NCBI GenBank assembly: GCA_035249305.1
Contig: DATFGQ010000039.1
Location: 21,305 to 85,304 of the forward strand
DNA length: 64,000 bases
Source: Blastocatellia bacterium
GTDB lineage: Bacteria; Acidobacteriota; Blastocatellia; UBA7656
Direction of reading: 5' to 3'
Below the pieces are notes generated by a model. That model saw only the letters and a list, made by a program, of their open reading frames with translations. It was not told the DNA's origin and searched no databases. A program made the position numbers and the translations under genes. This document shows, piece after piece, positions 9,306-17,415 of this stretch; within the stretch, counting starts at the first letter, position 1; each line of letters begins with the position of its first letter.

Positions 9306-10691
9306 TTAATTCTTTCCGACTCTCACCGTCACCGTCTGCCCGTTTACGACAACTACGCCTGAGCTTGCTTCGAACTTGAAGCCGGGCGTCGTGATTCGTA
9401 TCGTCTGAAATTCTTTCTCGATGGGGGAGGCCGCGTCGAGCGGCGCGCCGTCGACCACTATCTCGTTCTGATCCGCTTTCGATATTGTGACGTACTTCCT
9501 GCCCGCGATGTCTTCGACCACCGGCTGCTCGAACGTGGCCTTGAAGCTCCCTTCTCGCCCGACGCTCAGCATTCTAGTGTGCACGCGCGTCTGATTGTCG
9601 ATCATAGTGACGTTCATCGGGTCGAAGCTCACCAGGTCGCCCATACGGCCAAGGGCCGAAACGTCTATGACGTAACGCCGGCCCTGGCTGTTCAACACCG
9701 AATCGAGAAGCGCGCGGCGCTCGGCCATCTTTCTATCCGCGACCTCCCGCTCCGATTTCAACACGTCTTCATAGCCGTATTGCCGCAAAGCCGATTCCGC
9801 GATCTGCTTCGACGCGGGCGACGCGTCGCCAGCCGCTTCTTCGACAAGATCCTGGACCGCGACGGCGGTCGCCTGGACCCTCGCTTTCCATCCCGGCATC
9901 AAGCGGTCGAGCAAGAGGGCCTGGGCCGCGCCCGTGTCATAAAACCTGAGGCGCGAGTTGCGCCCTACGCGGGTGATGCGCCGGAGCCTCTCGAACCTGT
10001 CGGCAAGGTAGCCGCTCTTATCGATCTTCTTAAAAGGCATCGCCGCCCGTTTTTGACTGGCGGCTTCGATAGCCGCGGAGACGGCCTTCACGCCCGCGTA
10101 CTCGGCCAGGCCCTCGTTCGATTCAAGCCCCTTTTCGAACTCGACGAAGCGAACCTCAAGCTCGCCCTGGCGCATCCTGCGGACCGCTATAAACTCTCGC
10201 GCCTTTCTTTTCGCCTCCGCCTTGTCGGCCGACAGAAGCGCGGAATGAAGAATCTGCGATTCGACGTTGAACAGCGCGCTGTTTCTCGCCGATGTCTCCG
10301 GGTATTCGGAGACTAGCATGGAGTTTTCAGCCCGCCACTTCGCGCCGCTGCGCGCGGCGTCTCTTTCAAAGACGTGGAACGCTTCGTGGAATATGAGCGA
10401 GACGGCGTCTTCGAGATCGTAGCGGCGCATGTCAAAGCTCATCATCGCTTTTCTGGCGGGCTCTTTCGATTGGCCGCCGAACCCTATCGTGTACTCGTCG
10501 GCGTCCGCGCCCGTCATGACGAAAGAGTATCGGCGCGCGTCAAAGCCGGGCCAGATTTCGTCGCCGGCCGCCGCCGCGATCTCTGAAGCGTAGCCGAGTA
10601 ACTCAACGGCTTTTCTCTCCGTCGTCGCCTGCGCAAAGACGTTCAGGAATAAGGCGGAACAGATTAAAGACACTACCAGCTTACGGATCAT
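9306..10691 (-). CDS. secreted zinc metallopeptidase-like protein (HEXXH...NEGxAEY, MA-clan / Peptidase_MA_2-like)
   Basis: Signal peptide MIRKLVVSLICSALFLNVFAQA. HEAFH zinc motif followed by ESNEGLAEYAGV, an MA-clan third-ligand-type motif. Last gene of the ECF sigma operon. Confidence 0.6.
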   Translation of the reverse strand: MIRKLVVSLICSALFLNVFAQATTERKAVELLGYASEIAAAAGDEIWPGFDARRYSFVMTGADADEYTIGFGGQSKEPARKAMMSFDMRRYDLEDAVSLIFHEAFHVFERDAARSGAKWRAENSMLVSEYPETSARNSALFNVESQILHSALLSADKAEAKRKAREFIAVRRMRQGELEVRFVEFEKGLESNEGLAEYAGVKAVSAAIEAASQKRAAMPFKKIDKSGYLADRFERLRRITRVGRNSRLRFYDTGAAQALLLDRLMPGWKARVQATAVAVQDLVEEAAGDASPASKQIAESALRQYGYEDVLKSEREVADRKMAERRALLDSVLNSQGRRYVIDVSALGRMGDLVSFDPMNVTMIDNQTRVHTRMLSVGREGSFKATFEQPVVEDIAGRKYVTISKADQNEIVVDGAPLDAASPIEKEFQTIRITTPGFKFEASSGVVVVNGQTVTVRVGKN

Positions 10692-10754
10692 AATTGATTC
10701 CTCCGGAATTATTGATAGATTGAAAAGGCGTTTCGTATTACCGGGCGTTGTCGC

Positions 10755-11696
10755 TCATTGCAGAATCTCTCCGCGCGCGGGCTTGATACTGATTCTGAGC
10801 TTGTATCTCTTGCCCGAAGATTTCAGGTAGTAATCGCTGATGTCGTACACCATGTCACCGCCGAGCCTGGCAATCCCGGCCCAGCTCGACGCGATCGCTT
10901 CGCGCCGCGCGCCGCTCCGTGCGTCGACGATTGCGAGGTCAAAGCTTACGCCGACCTGATCGGCGGGCCGCGTCCGCGCGTACATATCGATCAAGAGTTT
11001 TATCGCCACGGGATTGTCGGCAACCCGTGAGCTTGCGCGGCTGTCGGGCGCGAGCAATAACTCCTGAGCCTCTTCGATGAGAAAGACGCCCGCGCCGCGC
11101 GCCACCTCGCGGTCGTCTTCGGTGAGCGCGGCTTCGACTTCAAAGTTATGCGGAATCTTCGAAGCCTGTATGCTGACCGCGCCGCCTGGGCTCTGCTTAA
11201 GAATGTCTATCGTAAGCGGGGCCTGCTCTCCGGAGGCGAGGAAGACCGGCCGCTCGCTCATCGCCGGCGTGATCTCGATCTTGAGCTTATCGCCGCCGTT
11301 GCGGCCGAAAGGGAGCAGCACTATGCCTTCGTCAAACCCGAGGTCGATAGCCTGGTTTTGAGAGTCTTCTTCGTACAGAGGCAGTTCGCGCTCAGACATT
11401 CCATACAGGCGGCGCGTGTTGAGCCGCGCCCTGACTTTCAGCCTGTCGGCGGTCACAAGGTCTGTCAAAAACCTGGCGTCCATTTTGAACCGGCTGTCGT
11501 GCAAGTTGACGGTGAAGTCGGTCCCCGGCGGCCCTTCGACAACGGCTTCGGATATCACATAGCGCGCGCCCGCCCTCTCTTCGACCGTAGCGATCTGAAA
11601 TCGTATGCGCCGGGCCTCGTCGCGTGACGCGTGATCGCTCGTCGCAAGCAACAAGAGCACGACTATCACAAACAGAAATCTCGTAAACGTCTTCAT
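10755..11696 (-). CDS. secreted hypothetical protein
   Basis: 313 aa with signal peptide MKTFTRFLFVIVVLLLLATS. No recognised domain. Sits between the anti-sigma gene and the HEXXH protein gene. Confidence 0.55.
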   Translation of the reverse strand: MKTFTRFLFVIVVLLLLATSDHASRDEARRIRFQIATVEERAGARYVISEAVVEGPPGTDFTVNLHDSRFKMDARFLTDLVTADRLKVRARLNTRRLYGMSERELPLYEEDSQNQAIDLGFDEGIVLLPFGRNGGDKLKIEITPAMSERPVFLASGEQAPLTIDILKQSPGGAVSIQASKIPHNFEVEAALTEDDREVARGAGVFLIEEAQELLLAPDSRASSRVADNPVAIKLLIDMYARTRPADQVGVSFDLAIVDARSGARREAIASSWAGIARLGGDMVYDISDYYLKSSGKRYKLRISIKPARGEILQ

Positions 11697-11702
11697 GGCT
11701 GC

Positions 11703-12179
11703 TCACTGCTCCAGCGCGCCCGACTCGGTCCGCCGGGCTTTGTAGATCACCGCGCGCTCGCCGTGGTCGTAATACGAAAAACTCGGTTGACCGGAATGCG
11801 GAATACCTACGGGAGCCGATTGTATCTGGGGCGGCCTCGCGACCTGACCTACTCCCGGCACGGCGGCGGACGGTCGAACGAAGAGCGACCACGTCACAAA
11901 CGCGAGCGTCAACAAAACCGCCATCGCAAATGCGGGCGCCGGCAAAGAGATCTTCTTCTCCCACCACCGCTCCGTGATCTTCCGCAGCGCGCGGCCGCGG
12001 TCGTAAGAGCCGGGCGCTGATTTATAAGACCGAATCTGTTGCCTCATGAAGAGGAACTCTTGCTCGGCGCGGCGGCAAACGGCGCAGCCGGCGATGTGCT
12101 CTCTCACTCGCTCTGCTTCTTCGCGGCCCATCTCTCCGTCGATGAGCATCGACACGCGCTCTAAGAATTCGCAATCCAT
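11703..12179 (-). CDS. zinc-finger anti-sigma factor (membrane-spanning)
   Basis: 158 aa. N-terminal HIAGCAVCR (HxxxCxxC) zinc-finger anti-sigma motif. Single TM segment (FAMAVLLTLAFVTWSLFV). 4-nt gap to the upstream ECF sigma gene. Confidence 0.75.
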   Translation of the reverse strand: MDCEFLERVSMLIDGEMGREEAERVREHIAGCAVCRRAEQEFLFMRQQIRSYKSAPGSYDRGRALRKITERWWEKKISLPAPAFAMAVLLTLAFVTWSLFVRPSAAVPGVGQVARPPQIQSAPVGIPHSGQPSFSYYDHGERAVIYKARRTESGALEQ

Positions 12180-12182
12180 AAC

Positions 12183-12689
12183 CTATCCCTCTTCAAGCTT
12201 CGCCCAACGGGCGCGCAGGTTGGCGCGCGCGCGGAATATGTCGACCTTCACTTTGCTCTCCGAAACATTCATCACGCGAGCGATCTCGCCGTAGCTCATC
12301 TCCTCCTGCTCGCGCAAAAGCAGCGCCGCGCGCTGGTCTTCGGGCAGGCCACTTAACAATTCGAAGAGCATTCGGCGGCGCTCCGCATGCTCTAACAGTT
12401 CTTCGGGGTTCGGCTCCTTTCTCCTGAAAACCTCCGTGACCTTATCTAACAGTCTCGTCCGCGTTCGTCGCTTGCTCAACTCGTTCAAAGCAAGATTGCG
12501 GGCCACGCGGAAGAGCCAGAACCGCGCCTCGCCGGCCGGAACGCCGTCGGCGCGATGAAGCCGCAGGAAGCTCTCTTGCGCTATGTCCTGCGCCGACGCC
12601 TCGCCGCCCAGCAGGCATTCGAGGAAGCGGCACAGGTTTGGGTAGACTTCGTTGAAGATCACGGCAAACTCTTCGTCGTCGCGCGCCAT
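12183..12689 (-). CDS. ECF-type RNA polymerase sigma-70 family factor
   Basis: 168 aa with sigma-70 region 2 (VARNLALNELSKR) and region 4 (MSYGEIARVMNVSESKVK). Confidence 0.85.
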   Translation of the reverse strand: MARDDEEFAVIFNEVYPNLCRFLECLLGGEASAQDIAQESFLRLHRADGVPAGEARFWLFRVARNLALNELSKRRTRTRLLDKVTEVFRRKEPNPEELLEHAERRRMLFELLSGLPEDQRAALLLREQEEMSYGEIARVMNVSESKVKVDIFRARANLRARWAKLEEG

Positions 12690-12817
12690 AAATCTCTCTA
12701 CGTTATATAAAACAGGCGACCCGCCGGAAAGTTACACCCTCGCCGTAGATATTTTATAGACTCCGCCGGCCGATTGTTATAGCATCTGTCAGTCGAAACC
12801 ACCCTTCGGAGCAAGCC
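12690..12817. promoter_or_regulatory. AT-rich divergent promoter region between the ECF sigma operon (-) and the S9 peptidase gene (+)
   Basis: A 128-bp intergenic segment much more AT-rich than its surroundings (tatataaaaca, tattttatagac, ttgttatagcat), sitting between divergently oriented genes. No consensus ECF -35/-10 could be assigned by eye. Confidence 0.3.
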
Positions 12818-14875
12818 ATGAAATCAAACCCCTTCAATCGAATCTTACTCTTCGGCCTTCTCTTCGCGCTTGCCGCGACGGCCGGGGCTCAATCTAAACG
12901 CGCGATGACTTTTGAAGACATACTGAACCTGCGCGTAGCTTCCGACGCCCGCATATCGCCCGATGGCCGGCACGTCGCTTTCGTCGTCACGCAGGCCGAT
13001 ATGAAAACGAACTTCCGCAATTCGGATGTCTGGATGGTTTCTACGGAAGCGGGAGGGCCTAAGGTTGTGACGCGCTCGCCGAAGCGAGACGACCAGCCGC
13101 GGTGGTCGCCCGACTCGCGCCGGCTTGCTTTCATCTCGGACCGCGACGGCAAGGCGCAGATATACGTCATCTCTATCGACGGCGGCGAAGCTGAGCGGGT
13201 CACCGATTCGCCAACGGCGGTGCAGGGCTTCGAGTGGTCGCCCGACGGGCGGCGCATAGCTTTCGTTTCCGCCGACGCCCTGCCGGAAGCGCGCGAGAAA
13301 GAGAAGAAAGACGGTTTCGATCAGATCATATTAGACGCCGATTACCAGTACGCGCGCATAAGCGTCGTCGAAGTCGGCCCGGCCGAGGCGCGCAAGCCGG
13401 TGGTAATCACCTCGGGCAACTTTCATGTGACGGAGCTCGCGTGGTCGCCCGACGGGAGCGTGATCGCCTTTACGGCGCGCGGCACGCCGAAGCTTGCCGA
13501 CGTGGCTACGACCGAAATCTACGCCGTCGCGCCAAAGGCCGGGTCAAAGCAGATTCGCCTGACGAACAACGATCGCTCTGAATCCGACGTCAACTTCTCG
13601 CCCGACGGGGCGACGCTCTCTTACCTCGCGACATCGGACAAGTACCCTTCGATAGGCCCTTCGCGCATCCACTTACTCAAGACAGGTCAGTTGGCCAATC
13701 AATTCTCTGAAGGGAATTCCGTAACCGAGTTTCGCATGGATGCGGCCCGCGTCTTCCAGCCGCAGTTCGACGGCTACATCACGAGACACGCGTGGTCGCG
13801 CGACGGGCGGTTCATCTACCTGTCGGCCGAGCACCGCGTCGGCCGCCACCTCTACAGGCTTTCGGCCGACGGTGCGCGGCTCGAACCGATTACGAAAGAA
13901 GACGGCGCGCAGACATCCTTCACGCTCTCTGAAAAGACCGACCACATCGCATACCTCAAAGAAGACCCGTCGCGGCCCAGCGACGTTTACACGGAGTCGA
14001 TAGATATAGTCGGCGCGGAGTTGAATCTTCAACCGCGCCGCCTGACGGATCTGAACCCGCAGGTAAATCAGATAGCGCTCGGCCGCGCCGAGGTGGTCCG
14101 ATGGAAGAGCTCGAAAGACGGCCGCGAGATCGAAGGCATAGTGGTCTACCCTATCGGCTACCGCGAAGGCGCGGCGGCGCCGCTCATCACGAGCATACAC
14201 GGCGGCCCTGAAGGCGCATACGTCTTATCATTCATGGCTTCGCACGGCGAGTTCCCGCACGTCTACGCCGCGCGCGGCTACGCGACCTTCTATCCCAACT
14301 TTCGCGGGTCGTCGAATTATGGGGCCGAGTTCGCTTCGGCCAACGTGGGCGACCTGGGCGGCGGCGATTACGAAGACGTGATGAGCGGCATCGATCATCT
14401 GATCAAGCGCGGCGTGGCCGACCCGGCGCGGCTCGCGGTCAAGGGGTGGAGCTACGGGGGGTATTTGTCGGGCTGGGCCATAGGGCACACGGACCGCTTC
14501 AAAGCGGCCGCGTTCGGCGCGGGCCTTTCAAACGCTATCTCCTATTACAGCCAGGCCGACATTCAATTCTCGCGCGAGACTCTGCACCAGGGGACGCCCT
14601 GGCGCAACCCTAAAAACATGCTGGACCGCTCGCCGGTGATGTACCTTCAAAACGCGAAGACGCCTTCGCTCATATTTCACGGCGAGAAGGACGAGCGCGT
14701 GCCCTTGCCTCAGAGCCTTGAGAATTACATGGGGTTGAAGAAGGCGGGAGTGCCGACGCAGCTAGTGATCTACCCGCGCGAGCCCCACGGGCTGCGCGAG
14801 CCGAAACACCAGCTCGACAAGATGCGCCGCGAGCTTGAGTGGATCGAGAAGTACGTCCGCGGCACGCAGCCATGA
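12818..14875 (+). CDS. S9-family serine peptidase (prolyl oligopeptidase/dipeptidyl aminopeptidase type) with N-terminal beta-propeller
   Basis: 685 aa with a signal peptide. Repeated WSPDG propeller motifs. C-terminal alpha/beta-hydrolase domain with the GWSYGGY nucleophile elbow and a distal D/H region. Confidence 0.85.
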   Translation: MKSNPFNRILLFGLLFALAATAGAQSKRAMTFEDILNLRVASDARISPDGRHVAFVVTQADMKTNFRNSDVWMVSTEAGGPKVVTRSPKRDDQPRWSPDSRRLAFISDRDGKAQIYVISIDGGEAERVTDSPTAVQGFEWSPDGRRIAFVSADALPEAREKEKKDGFDQIILDADYQYARISVVEVGPAEARKPVVITSGNFHVTELAWSPDGSVIAFTARGTPKLADVATTEIYAVAPKAGSKQIRLTNNDRSESDVNFSPDGATLSYLATSDKYPSIGPSRIHLLKTGQLANQFSEGNSVTEFRMDAARVFQPQFDGYITRHAWSRDGRFIYLSAEHRVGRHLYRLSADGARLEPITKEDGAQTSFTLSEKTDHIAYLKEDPSRPSDVYTESIDIVGAELNLQPRRLTDLNPQVNQIALGRAEVVRWKSSKDGREIEGIVVYPIGYREGAAAPLITSIHGGPEGAYVLSFMASHGEFPHVYAARGYATFYPNFRGSSNYGAEFASANVGDLGGGDYEDVMSGIDHLIKRGVADPARLAVKGWSYGGYLSGWAIGHTDRFKAAAFGAGLSNAISYYSQADIQFSRETLHQGTPWRNPKNMLDRSPVMYLQNAKTPSLIFHGEKDERVPLPQSLENYMGLKKAGVPTQLVIYPREPHGLREPKHQLDKMRRELEWIEKYVRGTQP

Positions 14876-14877
14876 GA

Positions 14878-15103
14878 AGTGCTGAGTGCTGAGTCCTGAG
14901 TCTTGAGATAGTGTCTGAAAAGCCCCGTAGGGGCCGGATGTTTGTAGAACAATAGCGTAAATGCGCCCCAACTCCGTAGGAGTTGCATGTTTGATATTCA
15001 ACTCCTACGGAGTTGTAAGGATCTGGCTCGCGATCATCTACAAACATCCGGCTCCTACGGAGCCGAGTAGCCTGCTGTTACTCAGGACTCAGGACTCAGG
15101 ACT
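14878..15103. repeat. Family-B palindromic repeat element, copy B1 (heptamer-tandem termini TGCTGAG.../...CTCAGGA)
   Basis: Terminal inverted tandem heptamers (gtgctgagtgctgagtcctgagtcttgag ... ctcaggactcaggactcaggact). Internal GTA/TAC-loop hairpins (ccccgtagggg, aactccgtaggagtt, aactcctacggagtt, ggctcctacggagcc). Linker gatgtttgtaga / tctacaaacatc. The TGA stop of the 15089-15739 gene lies inside the terminal heptamers. Confidence 0.8.
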
Positions 15104-15739
15104 ACGAGAAGCGATGAGGTAAGCCAGCCTGCGGTTTTCGCCGCCGCGCAGTTTGTGCGCCCAGGTCGTCTCGATCTGAGGCCACTGGCCCGGCTCAAGG
15201 ACGCCGCTCTCTAAAACGTCGAAGCCCGCGTCGGCGTAGCGTCGCGCCAATTCTGTTGCGAGAAACTCTGCCGAGAAGTCTCCGAGCCCGAGCCGCGCAA
15301 GCTCGGCGCGGTCCCGCTCCGGGTCGAGCCCTATGATCACTTCGAGCCAGCCTCCCGCCGCGAGCACCCGCCGCAGATTCGCCAGTATCTTTTGATCGCC
15401 GCTCGCGACCGCGCCCAGCAGACTCCCCCACGGGAAGTGTATGTGAAGCTCGTCTGCTACGCCGTCAAGCTCCTCGGGCAGGTCCTCGACGGCCGCCTGC
15501 ACGAAGATCACGTTCGCCAGTCCGCCCTTTTGAGGCTTACGGTGAATCTTCTCTGAGATCTTCGCAAGCCCCCGCGCCTGTGCGTCTATCCCTATGTAGA
15601 ACTTGTGCGGGTTGCTGCGCGCGGACTGGTATACAAAGCGACCGTCGCCCGTCCCCAGGTCTATCACCACGCCCCCTGCGGTAGGGAGCGATTCTTTGTA
15701 GGAATGCTTCTCTGTCGAGTTATCAGTTGGTTCTGCCAC
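15089..15739 (-). CDS. 16S rRNA (adenine1408-N1)-methyltransferase-like protein (NpmA/KamB family; putative aminoglycoside-resistance methyltransferase)
   Basis: 216 aa. Motifs VIDLGTGDGRF, YIGIDAQARGL, KKPQKGGLANVIFVQAAVEDLP and HFPWGSLLGAV line up, from memory, with NpmA (HIDLGTGDGRN, YIGIDP, KKPSKGGLSNVVFVIAAAESLP, FPWGTLL). Size matches the NpmA/KamB family. Confidence 0.65.
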   Translation of the reverse strand: MAEPTDNSTEKHSYKESLPTAGGVVIDLGTGDGRFVYQSARSNPHKFYIGIDAQARGLAKISEKIHRKPQKGGLANVIFVQAAVEDLPEELDGVADELHIHFPWGSLLGAVASGDQKILANLRRVLAAGGWLEVIIGLDPERDRAELARLGLGDFSAEFLATELARRYADAGFDVLESGVLEPGQWPQIETTWAHKLRGGENRRLAYLIASRSPES

Positions 15740-15867
15740 GTATCAACTTTAACATGAGTCACGCCCTTTCTATGTTCCGAGTATATTCACGCGGTTTGCG
15801 GCTTTCAAGTAACGGGAGCGTTGTTATATCATCGGACCTCAAAATTTCATGGGAGAGAGTGCCAGCT

Positions 15868-17112
15868 ATGACCGCAAAGAAAACGCTCGGAGTCGGTTTC
15901 ATAGGCAGCGGGTTCGTCGCCCGCTTTCACATACGCTCGTGGGTCGCCGTGCGCAACGCGGACGTGCGAGGAGTTTACAGCCCTAACCCGCAGCACGCTG
16001 AAGAAGCCGCCTCGCTCGCCCGCTCGATCGGTGTCGGCGACGCGCGCGCTTTCTCTTCGATAGAAGAGATGGTCGCCTCGCCCGAGATAGACTGCATCTG
16101 GCTGTGCGCGCCGAATCACCTGCGGCTCGAATGCATGGAGCGGATCGCCGACGCCATCCAGACGGGCAAGGGCGAGATCGTAGGAATAGCCTGCGAGAAG
16201 CCGCTGGCCCGAAACGCCCGCGAGGCGCGCCGCATGGTCGAGCTTGTCGAGCGCGCTGGCGTACTCCACGGCTACCTCGAAAACCAGCTCTTCACGCCGG
16301 GCATAGTGCGAGGCAAGAGCTTGATCTGGGCAAGGGGCGCGCGGCTGACGGGCCGCCCTTATCTTGCGCGCGCGGCCGAAGAGCACAGCGGGCCTCACAT
16401 GCCATGGTTCTGGCAGGGTGAGCTGCAAGGCGGAGGCGTGCTCAACGACATGATGTGTCACAGCGTAGAGGTGGCCCGCTTCATGCTGACCGAGCCGGGC
16501 AAGCCTCGATCGAGCATTCGCCCGACCAAAGTCTCGGCGCAGATAGCTTCGCTCAAGTGGGGCAGGCCCGAATACGCCGACGCGCTCAAAGAGATGATGG
16601 GCGCAGAGGTCGATTACCGCAACAAGCCCGCGGAAGATTTCGCGCGCGCGACGGTCAACTACGTCGACGACGAGGGCCACCCGCTGATCGTGGAGGCGAC
16701 CACTTCCTGGAGTTACGTCGGCGCGGGGCTGCGGCTGAGCATGGAGCTGCTCGGACCCGAATACTCTATGTCGGTCAATTCGCTCGCCAGCAACCTGAAC
16801 GTCTTCTTCAGCCGCAAAGTGCGGGGCGAAGCGGGCGAAGATTTAGTCGAGAAACAGAATGCCGAGCAGGGCATGATGCCCGTCGTCGCGAACGAGGAGG
16901 CCGAGTACGGGTACGAAGGCGAAAACCGCTATTTCATCAACTGCTTTAGCGAGGGCCGACAGCCTGAAGAGAGTTTTCATGACGGGCTTGAGGTGACAGA
17001 GCTGCTGATGACCGCCTACATGAGCGCGGAGCAGGAGCGCGTCATCGAGTTCAAGCCGGAGGGGCTGGAAAATTTTATCCCCGCCGTCGCGCGGGGCGCG
17101 TGGAAGCCGTAA
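15868..17112 (+). CDS. Gfo/Idh/MocA-family NAD(P)-dependent oxidoreductase
   Basis: Start moved to the ATG at 15868 (gggagagag RBS). GVGFIGSGFVARFH Rossmann motif. C-terminal GFO_IDH_MocA_C-like region. Confidence 0.75.
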   Translation: MTAKKTLGVGFIGSGFVARFHIRSWVAVRNADVRGVYSPNPQHAEEAASLARSIGVGDARAFSSIEEMVASPEIDCIWLCAPNHLRLECMERIADAIQTGKGEIVGIACEKPLARNAREARRMVELVERAGVLHGYLENQLFTPGIVRGKSLIWARGARLTGRPYLARAAEEHSGPHMPWFWQGELQGGGVLNDMMCHSVEVARFMLTEPGKPRSSIRPTKVSAQIASLKWGRPEYADALKEMMGAEVDYRNKPAEDFARATVNYVDDEGHPLIVEATTSWSYVGAGLRLSMELLGPEYSMSVNSLASNLNVFFSRKVRGEAGEDLVEKQNAEQGMMPVVANEEAEYGYEGENRYFINCFSEGRQPEESFHDGLEVTELLMTAYMSAEQERVIEFKPEGLENFIPAVARGAWKP

Positions 17113-17149
17113 ACCAAATCTCGCATAACCCGGTCAGGGGCTCAACAAT

Positions 17150-17338
17150 TCCCCCCGGCGCGACCACCTGCGCGCTGAGCGTCACGAGCAACGAGCCGGT
17201 CAACGGCACGTGCAACTGCGCGCCGAGAGAGCAGGCGGAGGATCGGGGCGCGTCTATACGATCACCATCACGTGCACGGACGCCGCCGGCAACTCGTCGA
17301 GCGCGACCGTGACGGTGACGGTCCCGCACAGCCAGTAA
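17150..17338 (+). pseudogene. 3-prime remnant of a surface-protein gene (HYR/Ig-like repeat terminus), apparently frameshifted
   Basis: Two adjacent frames encode ...[25 protein letters not shown]... and ...[28 protein letters not shown], which are typical C-terminal HYR-like repeat sequences. There is no start or N-terminus. The fragment lies in a 300-bp gap between convergent genes. Confidence 0.3.
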
Positions 17339-17415
17339 CAACCGGCGCACGCCGGAATTCAACACCTGAGAAGGTGACAAGAGGAGTAGAAGCAGTTGCT
17401 TCTACTCCTCTTTCT

